Below, in pieces: positions 11,896 to 25,400 of a DNA stretch of 64,000 nt. The DNA is from Eledone cirrhosa (taxonomy: Eukaryota): contig OZ024743.1 of the NCBI GenBank assembly GCA_964016885.1, positions 258,788,001 to 258,852,000 of the forward strand. Reading direction: 5' to 3'. A program made the translations under genes and the position numbers. Under the pieces are notes generated by a model. It had not been told where the DNA came from. It saw only the letters and a list, made by a program, of their open reading frames with translations, and did not search any database. Position 1 is the stretch's first letter. Each line of letters opens with the position of its first letter.

Positions 11896-14186
11896 ATGTT
11901 TCCCAGCGTTGAAGATTACTTTTTTCCTAAAATAAGTCTCAAAAATGTAAATTTGTCAAAATTAGGGTGCGTCCTTGAGGGCGTCTTCGGTGACGGAAAA
12001 TACAGTATATATATATATATATATGTGTGTATATGTGTGTCATATATATATATGTCATATATATATATATATATGTCAGTAGGGAAAAGCGGACATAAAA
12101 TGATGATAGTGGGGAATTTAGATCAATTTAATGCCATAAGTATGTATATATATATATGTGGGATTTACATACTGAAATTCCCTGATGGGAGACAACAAAA
12201 TGAAAGAAAATAAAAATGGAAGCTACCTGCTCTTATTAGTAAGGTTTCATTGTTTTATTAAAGAAAATTAGATTTTTTTCACAGTAATGTGATTATATAA
12301 ATATCCAATATTTGACTAGTATTTTATTTTATCAACACTGGAAAATTAAAAGCAAAGTTGATCTTATTGGGATTTGAACTCAGAATGTAAAGGACTGTAA
12401 CTAAATACTACGAAGCATTTTAATCTGTTGCTAGTTCACTGTCAATCTTAGCTATTTGATTAAATCAGGGAAACAAGCATCTCACACCACTATCACTGTT
12501 CACTGCCTTATAGCAACGTAGGAAAAAGAACTTGAGCACCACCAGTCGTCATACAGAGGAGGGGAAAATAGCTAAATACCATGACTAGTCCGACCGTTTC
12601 CTTTATGTCCTGGTTGACGTCGAATCTCTAGTGTCCTTCTCAGTACCTAAACTGCCGTTTTCCTCCACAAAATTAGGAGTGCATCCCGGCTGAGGAATAA
12701 ACCCTGTAACATAGAGTGGTTGTTGCAGTGGGTGTCACTAGATGTTCCTTGCGATAAAGCCTTCGATAGTTTGTCCGCAGCTGAGATATACCACGGAGGT
12801 GTAGAGTCAACCATTCCCTTACTTTTGCTATTTTATTTTTTTATCTTTTTGAAATATTAAACTTTAATAAATCCTAAATTCCTTTCTTTTACTTTTAAAA
12901 CAAAGATGTCTTCACTATAGAAACAGGTTTATTAACTAAAACATCAGAACCATCTTTAAAACGTTTTCACAATAGTATACAGGAAATATATTATTGGATG
13001 TTATATGAATACAGGAACACACATCTATCAAATTTTAAAAAAAATGTTTTTTCAAGGGAAAAAACTCTTACAAAAAGCGGAGAGTTATTTTCCTTCAAAC
13101 ATTTTTTCGCAAGAGTTCTTTCCCTTGCATAATTTGTTGTAATCATATAAGACCTGGTTCTTGACAATTTCTTGCTCTTGACCGCTATCTTTTTGTGCCG
13201 GTAGTCGTCGAGACCTTTGTACACAGGGAGCAGCTGAGACATACCACCTAGACTGGTGTGAGAGTTACAGTTAATACATAGGCAGCGAATTGGTAGAGTT
13301 GTTGGTACCTAAGATAGAATGATTTGTGATATTCGTTCCACCTTTCTGCATTCTGTGTCCAGAACACATTAATATCAATTTCGACTTTCATCCTTTTGAG
13401 ATCAATACAACAAATGTACCAGTCCAGTACTAGAGGTCAATTCTTTCTCTGTATCTTTTTTCCACTTTCTTTCCCTCTGGAAGAAACTGACTGGGCTCTG
13501 CTAGGTTATAAATGTTTAAGACATGCATTATGTCATTGCCTCATCCACTCCATCAGAAGATGTGTGTCAAGACATACGTACATCTTTACTGTAGGAAGGG
13601 TATCTGGCTATAAGAACATTCTCTCAAAAATCCCATCCAACTCATGTCAGCATAGAAGACTAGATGTAAAAACGATGATGGTGACATATATATATACAAA
13701 CCCATGCAAGCATGGAATATGGACGTTAAACGATGATGATGATGATGATTATATATATATATATATATATATACCATGTTTCCCAGCGTTGAAGACTCTA
13801 CTTTTTTCCTAAAATAAGTCTCAAAAATGTAAATTTGTCAAAATTAGGGTGCGTCCTTGAGGGCGTCTTCGGTGCCGGGAAATACAGTCTATATATATAT
13901 ATATATGTGTGTATATGTGTGTCATATATATATATATGTCATATATATATATATATGTCAGTAGGGAAAAGTGGACATAAAATGATGATAGTGGGGAATT
14001 TAGATCAATTTAATGCCATAAGTATGTATATATATATATGTGGGATTTACATACTGAAATTCCCTGATGGGAGACAACAAAATGAAAGAAAATAAAAATG
14101 GAAGCTACCTGCTCTTATTAGTAAGGTTTCATTGTTTTATTAAAGAAAATTAGATTTTTTTTCACAGTAATGTGATTATATAAATA
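10414..14186. repeat. About 1.89-kb tandem duplication (10414-12302 / 12303-14186)
   Basis: Units start at atccaatatttgactagt and end at gattatataaat; scattered substitutions and small indels between units. Confidence 0.92.
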
Positions 14187-14749
14187 TAAAGATATTTTAT
14201 TATGAACATGATTTACAAAAGAAACAAATAGATAAAAAAAACAAAAATGTGGTTTCATGGAGAATTGACTACTATTTCTAGGTCAACAGACCAAGTATAA
14301 GCTATGTTGCGTAGCTATTGTAAAGGAGCAAAATTGTTGAAAAGTTTCAAGGAGATTTGACTGCTATTTCTAGGAGACCACAGACCAGGTATAGGGTCTG
14401 TTGTGTTGCTAAAATGTTAAAACGTTTCAGCGCTGTAATTGCTATTTTGAGGAGGCCACAGGACCAGAAATAGGCTGTGTGGTGTAGCTATTGTAAAGGA
14501 ATATAAAGCTACAGTGTTAAAAGGTTTCAGGGAAATTTAACTGCTATTTCTAACAGGTAAAGTGACCAGCTATAGGCTCCATTTTGTAACTTTTATAACA
14601 GAACATAAGCTTAAGTATTTTTAAATGCCTGATGTGACACATGCAAATAAATAAGCCAAATAAGTTATTCTACAAACCCACATAGAAACATGGCAACCAT
14701 GAACTATATTGACTTTAATAAGGAAGATGTTATATTAGTCATGATAAAA

Positions 14750-14970
14750 TGAGCATTTAAACCAGCCATATCCAGTCAAAATTCTCTCACCTCTTTCTGT
14801 TCAAATTGGCTGTAATCAGCCTCTCATACTGCCGTTATGGTATTGTTCTCAAAATAAATAACATCAAAATCTCATAGATTCAATATTATGTGAGATAATT
14901 ATGTAAGATAAAGCCTTTACCATGAAAATACAATAGTATATATAGAGCAATGTAAATGCTAAAGGGTTAA
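14750..14970. mobile_element. TTAA/piggyBac-like MITE, degenerate
   Basis: Ends gctaaagggttaa; homologous to 28042-28230 and 39656-39883. Confidence 0.6.
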
Positions 14971-15129
14971 AGAAACACCTACTAGCCCTGATTGGCTCTC
15001 AGCAATCTTCCTAAAAACATGCAAATGGCCTTAGCAAAACTACAGCAGAGTCTCTTCCAAAGCTTCATCGCAAGTGGTAAACTAGCCAGAAAGTTAAATG
15101 AAGGAGGAAGTACATCAGATCAAAATTAC

Positions 15130-16755
15130 AAACATGTTTCTATGACCTGAAATATCTACAAAGTCATTGAATGGATTATCTGAGGGAAACTGATCACATT
15201 CCTGAAAGAAAATCACTTGCTGATGGACAACTACTATGGATTTCACCAGTGATAAAAGCTGCCTTACACAGTTTTTACAGCATTATAATTGGGTGTTGAA
15301 GTGTGGCTGGGGTATACTTCAACTTTACAAAGGACTTCAATAAAGTTGGTCATGGAATATGTTACACAAATTGTGTGATCAGCTTATTTGGAAAATTAAG
15401 AGATTGGTTACATGACATCTTCAGATGCAGAAGCCATGCAACCAATGGAGGCCTCTCAAAAGAAATATTAATCATAAGTGGTGTTCCTGAATGAACTGTC
15501 TTTGATCCACTGTTGTTTGTGGTGGCTCTCTTAGACAAGCTCTCAGTTATACAGTTGGCCACTCTCACTAGCCATGTTGATGATATGGATGTAGTGCAGG
15601 TGATCAAGAATCCTGATGATACTATATTCCTACAGCAAGATTATTAAAATGCCATGTATATATTAATAATCTGCAATTTAATGCTGGCAAATTTAAAACC
15701 TTTCGCTATCAGCCCATTAACACACTGCAACAGTAATATTCTAGGTCAGGAAGGAATGCAGTCCCATTTTCAAAATCAGTGAATGATTTTTTTAATGTGT
15801 ATTATAACCTTAATGTGTAGCCAGGTTTGAAGTGGTATCCAAACTCATGGGAGTAACATCAGTCAACTGGAATTTACAGACAACATGGTACTACTTAATT
15901 CATCAGAAGGTTATCCCCAACATGCACTTGATATGTTTGCTGCTGAGTGATGCACAACAGGAATGAAAATCAGTGCTGCAAAGACTCGTCCTCTCGAGAA
16001 AGCCTGTACAGTGCACTCTGCATGTTAGTGGAGTTACACTGAAGAACATGGAGAAGTTCAAGTATCTTGGGGCTGTTTTCACAAGTGATGGAAAACTGAA
16101 TTAAATGCAAAAATTGCTGGAACTCATTTAGTAATATATTAGCTTCAGCACTTAGTCATAAGAAGAGAAGTGTAAAAGCCAAACTTACTATCTTCAATTG
16201 GTCATGAATCTTGGGTCATGACCGAAACAAAACAATTGCAAATACAAGAGACTGAAATGGGGTTCCCCTGGAAGATTTTTGAAGTAATGTTACTTGATAG
16301 GATGTGTAGCTCAGAAATCTGGAAGGCACTCCAGGCAGAGTCACTACCTCTCCACATTGAAAGATCACAGCTTCAGTACTATGGACATGGGGGTTAGAAT
16401 GTCCAAGGAAAGAATCACTGGACAAATTTTATTGATAATATCAATAGATAGGAGACCCAGATATTAACCACAAGCAAGGTTGTTGGATACTACCCATGAG
16501 TTTGGTTGGGGAGCCAGCTGGATCATTTGGAGATGGTTGCTTCTGATAAGACCATCTCTCAGGAATGTGCATAAATTGGGGATCAATATGAACAATGATG
16601 CATTGTTTCATGTGTATATTACCAAGATGCGAGTGATGTGCAGACAACTGGCTCGGTGGATTTTGAGATCATTCAGAACGAGAGACTAGGAAACCATGTT
16701 GGTATTATAAAGGGCATATGGCTTCAGTCCTCTGAACTATTGCGCTCAACTATGA
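15130..16755 (+). mobile_element. CR1/L2-like LINE RT relic interrupted by an RTE-like relic (about 15890-16470)
   Basis: GVYFNFTKDFNKVGHG, SGVPE*TVFDPLLF and CRQLARWILRSFRTRD; the insert reads EKFKYLGAVFTSDG and GHESWVMT. Confidence 0.65.
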
Positions 16756-16842
16756 TGTTTGGGAAGGGTATCTGGCTGTAGAAACCAGGCTAAAGTGTAG
16801 AAAGAGCTATGTTGTTACAGCTAAGACATGACAATCTCTCAT

Positions 16843-17120
16843 GCTGGTGCTATGATAAAATGCATCCAGTACACTCTGTAAATTGGTAATGCTGGTGCTA
16901 TGATGAAATACACCCAGTACACTCTGTAAAGTGGTAGCGCTGGTGCCATGATGAAATGCGCCCAGTAAACTATGCAAAGTGGTAGTGCTGGTACCATGAT
17001 GAAATGCACCCAGCATACTATGCAAAGTGGTAGCAGTGGTACCGTGATAAAATGCACCCAGTATACTATGCAAAGTTGTAGCACTGGTGCAATGATGAAA
17101 TGCACCCAATACACACAGTA
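16843..17120. repeat. About 39-bp minisatellite derived from the SINE/RTE 3' tail
   Basis: About 7 units of gtgctatgatgaaatgcacccagtacactctgtaaagtggtagc, followed by an aggaaaggcattcagctatagaaa tail. Confidence 0.8.
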
Positions 17121-17234
17121 GAGTGATTGGGATTAGGAAAGGCATTCAGCTATAGAAACCATGCTGAAATGGTTGAGATATATATATCAGTAGCTCAGTA
17201 TTTGTGTTGATTATCATAGCTTTCTCCAATTCTG

Positions 17235-17339
17235 TCAATTATACTGGATTGGTTTGTAAACAGAACACACAAATTTGTTAGCAGTGCTTTTAGAAATCCG
17301 TATTAATGTTCCGCAGTTAAGGAAGAAATTGCTGTCAAT
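17235..17339 (-). CDS. DCAF17: DCAF17-like, last coding exon
   Basis: ttttttttcag|IDSNFFLNCGTLIRISKSTANKFVCSVYKPIQYN*; resembles the DCAF17 C-terminus. Confidence 0.8.
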   Translation of the reverse strand: MDSNFFLNCGTLIRISKSTANKFVCSVYKPIQYN

Positions 17340-17419
17340 CTGAAAAAAAAACAAGAAAAAATGAAAATAAAAAAATAAAATAAATAGAAAAATGAGAAGG
17401 CAGTGCTCCATCTTGTTCC

Positions 17420-17590
17420 ATAATAATTGTTTCTACTTTAGGCACAAGGCCAGAAATTACCCAGTGTATTACTGGTACTTTATTTTATCGACCCCGTAAG
17501 GATGAAAGGCAAAGTCAACCTCGGCGGGATTTGAACTCAGATCGTAAAGGGACGTAACTATGCTAGAAAGCATGGCGCCCGACCCTCTAG
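17420..17590 (-). mobile_element. tRNA-derived SINE family B
   Basis: GTTCAAATCCCG B box plus ttgcctttcatccttacggggtcgataaaataaagtacc central domain; other copies near 10420, 11395, 21725, 29836, 30028, 40652, 61575 and 63590. Confidence 0.8.
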
Positions 17591-19154
17591 TTCCATAATA
17601 ATGAAAGTAAACTAAAGGATTGAAAAATGTGAAAAGATTAACCCTTTCGTTAACAATTTCTAAGACAGCCTATATCTAAATAATTTTGAAAATAAACAGT
17701 TTGGAGGGATTTTGTAAAACACATAACTTTCTCATTATCAACCCTTTCTTTACCATATTTCTAATGAAAAACACTGCCTGTGATTTTTAAATAATTTTGA
17801 ATTTGGAGTGATTTAGTTATATAACTAACTTTCTCATTATCAACCATTTCTTTACCATATTTCTAATGAAAACCATTGCCTAAGATTTTTAAATAATTTT
17901 GAAAATAATCAAGAATTTGGAGGGATTTAGTTATATACCTAACTTTTCATTATTTTAAAATTACCAGTCAGTCTTTGATAGGTTTATCATTGTCCCCATA
18001 GTGATGAAAACATGCAGTGACATGGATTGGCTCTTCCAATCCATCTCCCTCGCTATTCTCTGGGTAGCATATTCACAATTCTGTCCACTGGCTGAGACTC
18101 TATGCCAACACCTGTGCAATGTTTTACAAAGGATACATGATGGTAGTGTTGGAATGGCTCTTTCAACACATCTCCCTTGCAAACCTCTTGGATAACACAT
18201 TAGCAATTCTGTCCACTGGAACCATGAGATATCCCTGTATATGAGGCTGTGCAAAGGACATAAGATGGTAGTGTTGACCATGAATGGTCCTTTACACAAT
18301 TTTGTTTTATGCTCATTTGAATAATTATATTACAGCTGGTATGTATTGTATAAAAACTAGCTGGTGTTGGGAACATAACTTAAAAGTTCTTACATAAAAT
18401 CATGATAGGTTTTTATATAAATATAAACACTATAAAGAAACTTTATATCATAGAACCATGTACAGTTTCCATGAACCCTTACAAGGCTTTTGAGACTGGT
18501 AGAAAGGAGAGAGGGAGAAAGTTATCCTCAAACTAGGAACCTGGCCTGAATGGTTGTTAGTGTGTAATCAGGGAGAGAAGGACAGTCTTAAGTTGCTTAT
18601 TTGATGATGGTGATAATGATGTGGATGGTAATGAGACTGATGATGATAATGGGTTCTCTGTCTGTTTCATAGGTAAACAATTAGTTGTATGATCAACTGA
18701 ATGTCTGGTTCATTAAATTAACATAAAAGTGACTGAGTATTCCACAGACACATGTTACCTTAATGTAATTCCCAAGTCAAATTAAAGTGACATAATATGT
18801 AACAAAGCTGGACCTTTGAATTACAGATACAAACCATCCAATAGGCTTTCACATAGTTTCTGTCTAACCAATGTCAACCCAAGGCAATGGTAAAAAGCTC
18901 TTCCTAAAACACAGATACCATTAACATAATTCTCAGGGAGATTCAGCATGATAATGCATTTGACAAGGCTGAACCATTGAATTACATGTACAGTCCATCT
19001 GAAGAACTTCCACACAGTTTTCATCTTGGGATTGACCCACGACTATAATAAATGGTAGAAGAAACTTTCTCCAGATACCATATTGTAGGATCAAACTCAG
19101 GACCTATTGATTGGAACAATCTTCTTAAGCACTCAGCCACATCTGTTTACTTAC

Positions 19155-19328
19155 CACTTCATCTGTTGGAAGGTCTATATTGATCTGGCCAAGTTGATCA
19201 CAGGTTTCATTGTCATAAATCCTGATTTGAGTGTTCAAATTGCAGGAGAAACAGTCATTCTGGTCCTGGGTTAAAATGGCAAAGGTATCCAGCTCTGAGT
19301 CATAGATAACATCTTTCACTGTACTTTG
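19155..19328 (-). CDS. DCAF17: DCAF17-like exon
   Basis: cacag|QSTVKDVIYDSELDTFAIL...DLPTDEV|gtaagt, 174 nt, phase 0/0; YDSELD resembles YEDELD. Confidence 0.85.
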
Positions 19329-19785
19329 CTGTGAAGGACAACAGAGAGAAGAATGGGAAAATATCTTTCATTGTATTTTATGCTGAAAGACAACAGAGAG
19401 AAGAATAAGATAACATATGTCATTGTATTTACTATGAAGGACAGAGGAGAGAAGAATGAGCAGCAATATAGGAATGGTATTTTATCATAAGTATGGTCAG
19501 TCATGGCTTGACACATGATCTTTGACCATATGTGTGGTCAGTCAAGCAGGTATAGACTTAAACAACAGAAACACAACACAGCTGAGTGGATAATAAGTTT
19601 GCTTCGCAACCACATGGTTTCATGTTCTCTCCCATTGTATGATACCTTGACCATGTGTCTTCCACTATAGTTTAGGGTTTGAAATGCTTTGTGAGTGACA
19701 TTGTAAACCTTTTACTATAGTGGTAGGCAATGCTAGCATGGAAGATGGACGTTAAACAATGATGATGATGATATATATATATATA

Positions 19786-22200
19786 TTTAGCAGCATAGTA
19801 TATAAATGTTATTGAGACACGAGTAACATAATAATGATGTCAACAGCAGAAATTAGAGATGAAATGTATGTTTATTTTTGTTGTAGCACAAATAATGTTT
19901 GTTAACTTGTATGGTTGAAGTTACACATAAAATGAGGTTACAAAAGGGAATGTGCCATTGTGCCGGAAAGCCGGCAGGCCAAAGTGCAAAATCTCACCGT
20001 CACATGTTGTACGTGTTGCTGGTTCGAAGTTCCGGGTGCGAGAGAGATTCTTCAAATCTTCGCGGGGAATTTCTCCCTCAGGGTGCGTAGGGATACATCC
20101 TCTTCTACTGGCGTTGATTGGCTGAGCTGAGCCAAATCACGCACAGAGAATGTATGTGAGCCCGTGGAATGTAGGTCACTACAATACTCCCCCTTTAGAC
20201 GGAAGACGATACAGATTATTGAATCAACAATAAAAAATGCTGAAAGAGCACATCAGTGAAAAAATAATTGAGCAAAAGGATGCATGCAAGAAAAAAAAAT
20301 GAGGCGCTAAGGGCCGTGTTGAGCCGCTGTGTCAAATGACTAGCTGTTTTGTAGTTTATACGTGACCACCAAAGGTCTAACAGAAAACGGATAAAGTCTG
20401 ACATGGGCGAAGTTGCTGTTCTTGCATTAAATGTTAATGGTAAGTGTTGTACCAGTAGCTGTGGATGAAGCTATTATGGTAGTTTACCAGTGCTGGCAAG
20501 AAGATGATGGGTAGGCCAGAAAATGTTGGCCTCCCAGATGTATTGCCGAATGTGCTAGGGAGCCAGGAAAAAATGGCTGGTTGCTTTGAAAAAAAAAAAG
20601 CAAGTTGAATCTGTAGGTGGATAGTAGTTGCAGTGTACCTTTCCATAATTCCGGCGAATCCACAGAAGTGGTGGAAATGCTGACAAGTCCAGTTCTATTT
20701 GTTGTTTTCCCAGTGAGTTGGGTAAGGTAACAAGATGGAGGTTGTTATGGACAATGAGTGTGCAACGAGATGCGAAACTGTTTGAGTTCAGCTGCAATTA
20801 GCATTCTCGTGTTGCAGTGCCTGTTTGAATCCAGGTGAATTAAGCTCTATGATTCGCTAGCATGTGACGGCACCTCAACCAGGTGAAAAGGGATCTCGCA
20901 GAATATTACGTTTGAAGAACATATACTAAGAACAACATGTTGGTGGGTGACAAAGAAAGGTGTGCATATGCAGGCATGTAATACAGCAAATAAATGTGTG
21001 GGTGCAGTCATATATACAATGATAAAGAAAATGATGCAGTCATATATACAATGATAGAAAAAAATGAATTTCCATATAATACAGTTTTAAAAAAATAAAT
21101 GTCCAAAACAAATGCCTGAAAAAAAAAAGGAAGAAAGAATTGTTTCTTTTCTTTTAACAAAAAGTTCGCTTTTCTTTTCTTTGAAATTTCTTTGGGATCG
21201 CTCTTACTAGGGAGCTAGTAGAGTTGTTGTTGTTGTTAAAGCAAAGTCACAATGAATCTTCTGTAGAGTCGAGCGTTGAAGAAACTAGAGTCACCAATAT
21301 GGCAGTCACGTCTGACGCCATAGTGGTGAGAAGACTGATATCTTAATTTCTCAAGTCCTTGTGGTAACGAGACAGAAGGTATGGTGGTTGCGTCGGTAAA
21401 GTTACAAGCTGCCACCTCGCCATTCCCTGGTGTTGGTTAGTAGTTAGCCATGTGTTGCTGCTGATGGCTGGTAGTAGAGAAGTACTTGGTGGTAGCCGTT
21501 TTGAAATTTCCTCGTGTCGTAAATTTTTTTTTTATACATACACTGCCAATTTTAATCTCATTTCAAAAGGAATATTTTGAACTGAAAATATTCATCACAT
21601 CGGGGTCACCGCTTTTAGCAGCATAGTATATAAATGTTATTGAGACACGAGTAACATAATAATGATGTCAACAGCAGAAATTAGAGATGAAATGTATGTT
21701 TATTTTTGTTGTAGTACAAATAATTGTTTCTACTATTGGCACAAGGCCAGAAATTACCCAGTACATTACTGGTACTTTATTTTATCGACCCCGTAAGGAT
21801 GAAAGGCAAAGTTAACCTCGGCGGGATTTGAACTCAGAATAGCAAGGGCCGTAACTCTATGCATCAAAGCATGGCGTCCGACCCTCTACCGATACTGCCA
21901 ATCCACATAATGTTTGTTAACTTGTATGGTTGAAGTTACACATAAAATGAGGTTACAAAAGGGAATGTGCCATTGTGCCGGAAAGCCGGCAGGCCAAAGT
22001 GCAAAATCTCACCGTCACATGTTGTACGTGTTGCTGGTTCGAAGTTCCGGGTGCGAGAGAGAAATTCTTCAAATCTTCGCAGGGAATTTCTCCCTCGGGG
22101 CGCGTAGGGATACATCCTCTTCTACTGGCGTTGATTGGCTGAGCTGAGCCAAATCATGCACAGAGAATGTATGTGAGCCCGCGGAATGTAGGTCACTACA
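19786..22200 (-). mobile_element. Non-autonomous Gypsy-type LTR retrotransposon
   Basis: LTRs at 19786-20183 and 21614-22200 (TGTAGT...GCTAAA); tRNA-Trp-like PBS cggtgaccccgatgtgat; PPT aaagggggag; TATA target duplication; SINE inserted in one LTR. Confidence 0.85.
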
Positions 22201-22499
22201 TATATATAAAACCATCCAAACAAAGGGTTGAGATGACTTTTCAGTTGTATCAGAGACATAACAACCTTCCTAGTGCTGGTGACATGATAAAATGCACTCA
22301 GTGGAGTGCTGGACCATATGTGAGATACATGCCCACAGCCCATCTAAATGATGATGTGTATATATGATGTAGTCTCCCATCGAAAACAATGTGTGAGTAT
22401 TCAATAGAAGATAAAGAAAAGTAGTTCCTAGGAAAGAACTGGTTAGTGGATTTCAGCAAAGAAAATTCTCCAACGATATTCCAATATATATATATACCT

Positions 22500-25400
22500 T
22501 TAATTCCTTAATTCTATTGTATTCTCAAAACAAAACAAAATCCTTCCCTTCTGCTTCTTATAAATTCCTTTAAATATATTATGCTACTTCGAAAAGTCAG
22601 AAATCCCGCTTCTACACCCAGACACCCTCCATCTACTTCACGAGGGCCTGCGGTCAGCCACCCCAATACCTACATCCATCTCTCTCCCTCTTCGCCAATT
22701 CATTTGCTGTCCCTACTACGGTGTATCTCATGTAATCGTAACGTACACATTTTTCTATCTACTCCACGCTTCAATTTCGTACCTAGTCCAAGCATCCAAT
22801 CTTGCAAAATCCGAAATGTAGCGAACGTTTTCCTAGAGCAAATCTGTATTTTTTTGTTATTTTTGTTAAATACGGGAGTTTTTGTCGTATTGAACAGAAC
22901 AAATCTTGCATTTTTGTTTTTTGTTAACCGCTTGTTAAACAATCCTAACCTTCCAGCTAGCTACCCAACACCCCTCCCACCCGCCCCCACACACCACCAT
23001 TGTTATTACGTGGACCAATCATAAGCCAGAGCCCCCCCCCCCAGCACCATTGTTATTATGCGGACCAATCATAAGCCAGAGGCCTATACTATCGCTTGCC
23101 CGGTTGCCTTTCGATATATGATGGATGGATGGATGGACTGCGGAATCCTGGAGAGTGGAAGAGAGAGAAAAATCTGGACGCTCAGCGAAAATGCCAAAGT
23201 TAAAGACAAATTCACCTCGTGGACGAGAATGCGAGTACTCCTCTTTGTTTCGACCGCGGACGGCTAACATAACCCCATCTCCCCCCGCCTCCCACCGCCC
23301 CCACCCTCCAAACGCAATCCAAAACTTCAGAGTTGGTACCATAAATGTAGGCACCCTAAAGGGTCGCGCTAACGAGGTTGTAGAAATGCTTGAACGTAAG
23401 GAGGTCGATGTTTGTTGTATTCAAGAGACCAGGTGGAGGGGTGGGTCTGCTAGATTCATTGAGGGTAAAAAACGATGTTATAAGCTTTTCTGGGTGGGAA
23501 ACGACGATGGGCTGGGTGGAGTAGGAATCATGGTAGCAGAAAAGTGGGCAGATAAGATAATAGACGTAAATAGAGTGAACGACAGAATAATTAAAATACG
23601 ACTTGTCCTCAATAGAACTACGGTGACAGTAATATCTGCGTACGCACCCCAATCCGGACTGCCCAGCACTATAAAAGACAGATTCTATGAGACACTGATG
23701 CTAACTACCTCCCAAATATCCGACAGTGACTATATAATTATTGCAGGTGACCTAAATGGTCACGTTGGACAACATTGTGACGGCTACGACGAAATCCATG
23801 GAGGCTATGGGGTTGGTACTAGAAATGAGGAAGGCTCCAGAATCCTGGAATTCTGTGATGCAAATAACTTAACTATCTGTAACACTAACTTCAAAAAACG
23901 TGACAATCACCTGATCACCTATAGATCCGGGGAACACACAAGCCAGGTAGATTATATCCTTACCAGAAGACGTGACAGAGTGTCTGTTGTAAACACTAAA
24001 TCCCTCCCCCATGAAGAATGCACCTCCCAACATAGACTGATAATTAGCGACCTCATAGTCAGGACGAGACGTACTCGACAGCAGAAGAGGACTATCCTCA
24101 GGAGAAAAATATGGAAGCTAAAGGACCCCACAGCCAGAAATAAATTTCAAAGCATATTACTTGATGCTTTCGACAGTAAGGAAGAACATTTAGAGTCGGA
24201 CAATATAGAGGGACAGTGGGAATTTCTGAAAGCAAACCTGCTGATGGCGACAGACGAAGTCTGTGGTTGGAGCAGGCCTGTAGGCAGGAGGAGAGTAACA
24301 TGGTGGTGGAACAGTAAGGTGGAGGAGTCAATTAAGGCCAAAAAGCAGGCTTGGAAAGTATGGCGGGATGGGGGAAGTAGAGAAGACTATCAAGTGGCCA
24401 GGAGGGAAGCTAGGAGACAAGTGTACTTAACAAGAAGGGAAGCTGAGGAAAGAAAGTTCAAGCATGTTCTACAACGCGAGGACCAAAAACGTGAGGTGTT
24501 CAGGATTGCTAGGCAATGCGTCAAGGAAAACCGTGATATTGTCGGGGAGAAGTGTGTACTTAACGATGATGGCATACTTGCCATCACAGACACTGATAAG
24601 AAGGTAGCTTGGAAGTGTCACTATGAAAGGCTACTAAATGAGGAGAATAAATGGGAGAAAGACAGTCTCCCCCATATCGACCCAATAGAGGGACCAGCAG
24701 TGTTAGTTGAAGGTAGTATAATAAGTAAGGCGATCAAAGATATGAAGACGGGTAAGGCGGCTGGGCCTTCGGAAATAGTTGCTGAGATGCTGAAGGCATC
24801 TGGCACGGTGGGACACACCATGGTCACCCGCATAGTTAACCAAGTCGTACAGAATGGGGTTGTTCCGAAGGACTGGCATAGCAGCATCATCGTTAACTGT
24901 TATAAGGGTAAAGGAGACGCCCTAGATAGGAGTAACTATAGAGGCATTAAATTAATCGACCAGGTCATGAAGGTCACGGAAAAAGTAATAGCGCAACTAA
25001 TCAGTGAGAGAATTGACCTAGATGAAATGCAGTTCGGGTTTGTGTCAGGCAAAAGTACCACAGACGCTCTTTTCATTGTACGACAACTACAGGAGAAGTA
25101 CCTAGCTAAAGGTAAACCCCTCTACTTAGCTTTTGTCGACTTGGAGAAAGCCTTCGACAGAGTCTCCCGCTCCATTATCTGGTGGGCTCTTAGAAAACTA
25201 GGCGTTGACGAATGGCTTGTGAGAGCTATACAAGCCATGTATAAAGAAACAGTCAGCAAGGTTAGAATTAACAACGAATATAGTGAAGAGTTTAGCGTAA
25301 AAGTTGGCGTCCATCAGGGCTCTGTTCTCAGCCCCCTACTATTTATTATTGCCCTTCAGGCTATAACAGAGGAGTTCAAGACCGGCTGCCCATGGGAACT

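Noticed and set aside
16843-17120. Regularly spaced repeats resembling a CRISPR array
   Set aside because: No unique spacers; a eukaryotic minisatellite derived from a SINE tail.
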